Of a DNA stretch of 64,000 bases, positions 58,706 to 64,000 are shown in pieces. Within the stretch, counting starts at the first letter, position 1; each line of letters opens with the position of its first letter. The translations under genes were made by a program, and so were the position numbers. Source of the DNA: Diplonema japonicum. Taxonomy: Eukaryota > Protista > Euglenozoa: Diplonemea. The notes under the pieces are model-generated. The model did not search any database. It was not told the DNA's origin and saw only the letters and a program-made list of their open reading frames with translations. Location of the stretch: the NCBI GenBank assembly GCA_964019335.1, contig OZ025736.1, forward strand, positions 248,001-312,000, written 5' to 3'.

Positions 58706-59000
58706 TCTTTATTTTACCCTTTTTTTTTTTTTTTTTTTTTCCTTGAGAGCGTGATGGTTTTTTTCTCTTGAAGCAAAGAAAAAAAAAAAAGAAAAAAAAA
58801 AAAAGGACAAATAGGGGAAGAGGGAAAGGAGAGAAATACGGAAGAGAAAAAAAAAAACCCCCCCTCTCCCCACACTTTTGTTTCTCCCCTCCATTTACCG
58901 AATTTTTTCTTTTTTTTATTTTTTTTTTATATTCCCCTCTCCCCATCCACCCCCCCCCCCCCCCCCCTTCTATTACGCAATATACACAAATTGACGAACC

Positions 59001-59573
59001 TCAGTCTTTCTTAACCTTGCCCCCCTTCTCGCCAAGCCCATCGGTGACCCATAAAGCGTAGTTATACATCTGAAGAGACGCGATGAGAAGCAACAAGGGT
59101 ATCTGCACAAGGTTGAACACAAAAAGGCCACGAAGGGCGGTCGGGATACGCCCGAGGGAGGCTGGGTCAGCAAGGCGAAGGTGCAGGGACAGTGCGGCTA
59201 TGCGGGGGTACAGCTGAGTGCAGCGAACGGCAAAGAGGCCCAGGGTGATGCACAGGGAGAGCACATTGTGAAACCTCACCCCGCACCTGACAAAGTTCAT
59301 GATAACGACAGCAAGGAGGAAGATGAAGGAGCACATGACTGTCCCATAGGGCCCTGCCGCAGCCTGCGCTGCATAGTACTTCGCCAGATCGTTGCTTCCC
59401 AATGTGTTGTCCATAAAGATATCCCCCAACACACACCCAAGCACCACAGCAACTGATACTATCCCAAACGGGAACCTGAACAGTGTTCTCACTCCAGCCA
59501 CCTCCTCGCTGCTTAGCTCCTCCATGCGGACATCAGGCTCGTCTTCTTTCTGCTGTGCTTCCTTGGGTGGCAT
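59001..59573 (-). CDS. Four-TM membrane protein of unknown function
   Basis: ATG after an A-run, four hydrophobic segments, and a C-terminal KVKKD resembling a di-lysine ER-retrieval signal. Confidence 0.75.
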   Translation of the reverse strand: MPPKEAQQKEDEPDVRMEELSSEEVAGVRTLFRFPFGIVSVAVVLGCVLGDIFMDNTLGSNDLAKYYAAQAAAGPYGTVMCSFIFLLAVVIMNFVRCGVRFHNVLSLCITLGLFAVRCTQLYPRIAALSLHLRLADPASLGRIPTALRGLFVFNLVQIPLLLLIASLQMYNYALWVTDGLGEKGGKVKKD

Positions 59574-59881
59574 TTTTTTTTTCCCCCTTTTTTTTTTTCC
59601 CTTTTCTTTTTTTTTCCTGGGACGATAGTGAAAAAAAATACACACGACCTTTTCTTTTTTTTTTAATACCCCCCCTTTTTTTATAAAAAAATAACTTTTA
59701 CTAATAAAGGATAATAGAAAAAGAAAAATGTGGAAGAAACGAGAACAAAAAAAAAAAAAGATTTTATAATAAAAAAAAATTAACAGAGGGAATAAAAAAA
59801 AAAAAAAAAAGGAGGGGAGGGGTGGAGGGACATATGGGGATCTAAAGGGGGAAGGAAAAAAAAAAAAAAAAATTTTTTTTT

Positions 59882-60682
59882 TTACGCCCTAGGTGCAAGT
59901 TGGAAATCTATGACCGTCTTCGTGGGTGCGTTGATCATAGCTTGCATTTGCTTCTGCACGTACTCTCTTGTGCGGGAGATGTGCAGGCGAGTTTTCTGGT
60001 CGAGCTCTTTGCTGACGTTGGCGTGGCGCTGGAGTAGTCGTTCGAAGTCTTGTTTTCTGTGTGCAAGGAGTTCTTCTCTCCCCAGCTTAATCCTCTGTTT
60101 CAGAGCGTTGATCTCGTTACGGTACTGTTTCTTCAACAGCTCTGTCTTTTTGGCGAAAGTGTTGGATAACTGCTCGTCGAATCTCTTTACTTCCTCCTCC
60201 TCCACGGGAAGGAGGTTCCTCTTTATATTTTCCGCGTTTAGGTACTCCTTCTGCCTCACCATCCTCTCCAGTTCTTCACGCATTTGTAGCACCTGTTTTG
60301 AAAACCTCGGCCGTTTGTTCATCAATTGAATTTTGATGATATCTTCTTGTTCCTTGTATTCTGAATTCTGTCTGTTTTTCACGTGGGTGATGATTTCCTT
60401 GGCTTGTCTCTCGTACTCTTCCAGCTTTTCTTCCCACATCTTTGTGAAGGTGAGCATCTCTAGCCGCTGCCGTTCCGTGATGTCTTGCTTATCCTGGGCA
60501 TTGACTGACCTTGCCATCTTTTCGACCTTCTTGCCTTGCCGGAGGTTTATGTCGCGCATTCTGTTCAGACACTCCTGCGCGTCTCGAAACCTGCCTTCCC
60601 GTTCGCACTGTTGCCGTTGGTTGTCGAGCTCCATCAGCTGCTCTTGGATCTTGACCTGCTCCCCCTCGATTTCATAATCCAT
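59882..60682 (-). CDS. Coiled-coil protein with UVR-like motifs
   Basis: 266-aa E/Q/K/R-rich ORF; CEREGRFRDAQ and MVRQKEYLNAENIK resemble UVR (UvrB/C) hairpins. Confidence 0.8.
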   Translation of the reverse strand: MDYEIEGEQVKIQEQLMELDNQRQQCEREGRFRDAQECLNRMRDINLRQGKKVEKMARSVNAQDKQDITERQRLEMLTFTKMWEEKLEEYERQAKEIITHVKNRQNSEYKEQEDIIKIQLMNKRPRFSKQVLQMREELERMVRQKEYLNAENIKRNLLPVEEEEVKRFDEQLSNTFAKKTELLKKQYRNEINALKQRIKLGREELLAHRKQDFERLLQRHANVSKELDQKTRLHISRTREYVQKQMQAMINAPTKTVIDFQLAPRA

Positions 60683-60774
60683 TTTGCTTTTCTTTTTTTT
60701 TTTTTTTTTTGCTTTTTTTGCTTTTTTTTTTTTTTTTTTTTTGGAAAAAAAAATTTCAAAAAAAAAAAAAAAAA

Positions 60775-61199
60775 CTATCGAGATGGTGCCCCGCGCCGTC
60801 TCTTCCGTATGGTGGTGTCCTCTTCTTCGCTTGCTTGGGTGTCGTCTCCGGGGTCGTTCTTGATGATTGCGTGCAGCTGCATTAAATCTTTGAGCTGCAT
60901 GTCGTGGATCTCCTTGGTTCCTATGCCTGTGAGAAAGTTGCTTATCGAGTTTTTACACGCGACGGATATATTGTTGCAGTAGGCGGCTTGGATTAATCTG
61001 CGCAGTTTTACCGCCTCTTGGTCCGTGCTTTCGCCGGCCGTTCGTTCCAACGCTTTGTCGGCCCGTCGTGACACCTCGTCGGCCGCTGCGATCACGAGCC
61101 TCTCTAAAGCTCGGATTTTTTTCTGCGTAGTGTTTTCGACTTCTGTGTGCCGTTGTTCCGCCCATTGTAGCGGGACACTGGCAATTTTGGTGTTTTCGC

Positions 61200-61231
<32 letters not shown>

Positions 61232-61521
61232 CCTTTTTAAAATCAAGAGAACGCGTGTTTGTTCGTCGTCAGCACGCGAATGAAGCGGTCCACCATCTGC
61301 TTGCCTTCGCTTGACAGAACATCGGCGTGTTCGATTAACAATTCTGTCAGCGCCTCAGAGCTTTTCATCTTCATCAGTTTCACTGCCAAGAGCAGCGCGT
61401 CACATTCCCTGTCTGTTGTGGGACAGCCTACCCCTTCCTGCGTGTCGAGAGCGTCAATTGCTTCTTCTGTTGTTAAGCCAGACACCAGGAAGGCTGTTAA
61501 TATCACAAGTACGGTTCTCAT
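60775..61521 (-). CDS. Hypothetical signal-peptide-bearing helical protein; ORFs 61243..61521 and 60775..61203 are probably joined by intron 61178-61252
   Basis: Signal-peptide-like MRTVLVILTAFLVSG. Only 39 nt lie between the ORFs. GTTCTC...A-run...GCCAG joins them in frame (KHA|VPLQW). Two separate genes remain possible. Confidence 0.55.
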
Positions 61522-61996
61522 GTTTAGGTGAATGGGGGGGGTAGGGAGGAGTGGACTTTTTTTTTATATGAAGAAAAAAAAAAGAAAAAGAAAAAAAAAA
61601 GAATTTTGTCTTACATCCCCTTTTTTTTCTTTTTCATCCCCCTCTCTCTCTGTTTTTCTTCTTCTTCTTTTTTTTCTTTTTTCTATTTGCTCATCATTTT
61701 CCCTCCCACTTATTATTTTTTTTTTTCTTGCCTCCTCAGGAGAACAGTAATAATAATAATATATCTACCAATTTCAGCGTTGAATAAAAGGAAAGAGAAA
61801 AAAAAAAAAAAAAAGAACATTCTGAACAACAACAAAAAAAAGTTTTTTTTTTCCATTCTTAGGATATGAAAAAAAAGGAAAAAAAAAAAAAGAGCGCATG
61901 GGAAGTTCTCTCTCAAAAAAAAAAAAAATCTATTTGCCCAAGAAGGAAAGATAATTCGTGTGAAGTAAAAAAAAAAAAAGAAAAAAAAAAGTGATT

Positions 61997-64000
61997 TCAC
62001 TCATATGACTCTTGAGAGTTGTAGTCGATGTACATCACAGTCTGTTGGTGTGTGTGTATAATTTCTTTTTATTGTCTCCACTCTACCTTGATAAACTTGT
62101 CCAACCATTCGCAACATTTATTGGGGTTGGATTGCAGGAAAGCCTCTCCCGCGTCCTGAATATCAGATTCATCTAAAATACAACCGAGCGACACAAGGAG
62201 CGCAGAAGCGCAGTCGGAACCAAGCGTTGCTTTGAGATTAGGCCAGAGCCCTGCCCAGCACTGTCCTGGAGCGATCTCAAGGCCACCGCCAGCAAGAATC
62301 TGTGTTTTTTTTTTTTTTTTTTTTTTTTTTTTTGTGTCCATACCACTTTTGCAGGCCGTTCATCGCGGCAACCCTGACAGGTGATAATTTCGTTCTTGGA
62401 GGCAACTTCAGTGAGGATGGCAACGTCGAACCAATTCTCGCATTCAGGCTGGATTTTTTTTTTTTTTTTTTTTTCTTTTTAATTTTCTTAAAGGTACCTC
62501 CATGCACGGCTGGCAGCACGACACCGACAGACCATCATACTCATCCGCAAGAACCTCGATGACTTCATTCACATACTTCACGAAATCCCGTATCCCGACA
62601 CTCCCAGCAGAGTCATCCGCAAGGTCATGCGTCGCAGAGGGCAAGTAGTACGCGTAGATCATGGTGTCCTCTTGGTAGATGAGCGCCCTGATCCCTTCTG
62701 TCCCGATCCATATCCCGTTCTTCCAATGGTTCCTCAGGTCGAACGAGTGGTCAGGCGCAAGGTACTGCGAGTCAGGCCCGATGTCAGGCGGGATGGCCAC
62801 CGGTACCTCAATAGGTATCAACAAGTGGTGCAACCTGCACACCAACCTATAGTAGAACTCCTTCGGGAATATGTTAAACAGGTACATCCTCCCAACCCCC
62901 TTCTGGAACAGATACGGCACGACCTCCTGCAACACCGTAGGACACGAATAAGGGAACAACGACGGGATGTAGTACTTCGAGTTTCCAGAAGAAGTTACAA
63001 GTGTACCCGGATCCTGTGCTGCCTGTGATGGTTCAGGGGAGTCAAGCACATGCTGGAAAACCAAGTCCATGGAGATAAGAAGCTGCAAGCACATCTCAAG
63101 ATCTGCATCGTCAACAGGAGCGTCCGGCTTGTCGTTTCTAATGTCTTTGATGGACCTCGACAGTACCACGCGTACTAAGTCGAAGTTCAGCTCCCCTTGA
63201 CGAAGGCACCCCCTGTCAACACGAAGCGCTTCGATAGGGTTGTAGTCCAGCCCACCGATGTACTTCCGCATTTCCGGCGGTGTGTACATCAAGTGTGCAA
63301 AGGAGAACAACGCTGATACCATGTGTGACAGCCACAACGGGTGCAGGAAGATGTAAGGGTTGTCCAGCAGCCGCTTCGCCTGTGTGAACAGGTACAGCAC
63401 GTTCCAACAGTGGAACAGGTTCGTACTGTCGCAGAGTTCCTTCTGGTCTTCTATCCCAAAGTCCGCTGCAAGCTGTGCGTACTCCTGAATCGGTAGGAGC
63501 AGCTTCTTCCTCTCCTTCTTTATCCTCTCCAGCTCCTTCATGAACTGTATATGCCTCCCAGGTATCGCTCCAGACGGGAACACCCTGTCGCCGAGGCATC
63601 TTTTGAACGCTTCATGGCCTATCGCTCGAAGAAGCTCAGACATCTTAACACCCTTTTCTGAAAGCCCCTCGCCCCAAGCCTGTCGGCTTTTGCATGAAAC
63701 CGCGTACGACCCTGAGATGTGGATGGTCTTTTCGGGCTCATCCCCCAGCTGGATGGACTTGATGTACTCCTTGAAGCGTGTCTTTACGTTTTCAAGAACC
63801 CTGTTGAGGTATGCGGTGCTCTGGTTGGGCATGAGGTCCTTGTGTGTTCCGATCAGAATGGCGGAGCTGCCGGGTGCCTTGGAGTAGACTTCGTCAAGCC
63901 AGCCCATCATCCTGCCCTCCTCGACCTCTGACATCTCGCCGTCCTGGTAGTTGCTCATCTTCCATACGAAGCAGAAGACCGTTCTCGGTGTCAAGAACAG
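61997..64000 (-). CDS. Roco-family (Roc-COR) protein, 3' part; introns 62449-62497, 62300-62343, 62042-62086
   Basis: Roc G4/G5-like ILIGTHKD and VSCK; COR motifs IFLHPLWL, YYIPSLFP, FYYRLVCRL, WKNG. Three phase-0 introns give a Cys-rich C-terminus ending ...FIK|TVMYIDYNSQESYE*. The 5' part lies beyond the window. Confidence 0.82.
62300..62343 (-). other. Poly(A)-filled GT-AG mini-intron (44 nt, phase 0)
   Basis: GTATGGACAC-A29-CACAG; joins RPAKV|ILAGGG. Confidence 0.85.

Noticed and set aside
248-62562. Many short Lys-rich or Phe-rich ORFs on both strands
   Set aside because: They are translations of poly(A)/poly(T) runs in non-coding DNA.
938-63931. Plus-strand ORFs up to ~290 aa (e.g. 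1221..2099, 9855..10667, 32949..33653, 52511..53254)
   Set aside because: They are antisense shadows of GC3-rich minus-strand genes and contain no recognisable motifs.
1-64000. CRISPR array, tRNA, rRNA, SL RNA gene or autonomous transposon ORF
   Set aside because: No regularly spaced repeats, cloverleaf, rRNA or SL signature, or RT/transposase motifs were recognised by eye.

Overview
Eukaryotic nuclear DNA with about 28 protein-coding genes, all on the minus strand and head-to-tail. They are separated by non-coding DNA saturated with poly(A)/poly(T) and poly(G)/poly(C) runs. The unidirectional cluster and a trypanosomatid-like PKA catalytic subunit point to Euglenozoa. Because many genes carry cis-spliced GT-AG introns, a diplonemid (or other non-trypanosomatid euglenozoan) is the most likely source; this is an inference. 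Recognisable genes: MgtE-type transporter, PPR protein, SAM-domain protein, enoyl-CoA hydratase 2, QCR8-like subunit, Ser/Thr kinase, PARP-like/RCC1 fusion, Spinster-type MFS transporter, ankyrin/EF-hand protein, COX17, DNAH1-type axonemal dynein, a membrane-anchored (alpha/alpha)-barrel-like protein, PITP, TPGS1/CSTPP1-like protein, TruA-family pseudouridine synthase, TMEM260, PKA-C, an F-box-like protein and a Roc-COR protein cut by the window edge. The most striking pattern is in the introns. I could reconstruct 20 tiny ones (31-75 nt) by hand. Many consist of a G-rich donor plus a poly(A) tract running up to the 3' AG with no polypyrimidine tract. Sixteen of 20 are phase 0, and they crowd at the 3' ends of long genes. 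Two families of short interspersed repeats are also present. No rRNA, tRNA or CRISPR array was recognised.
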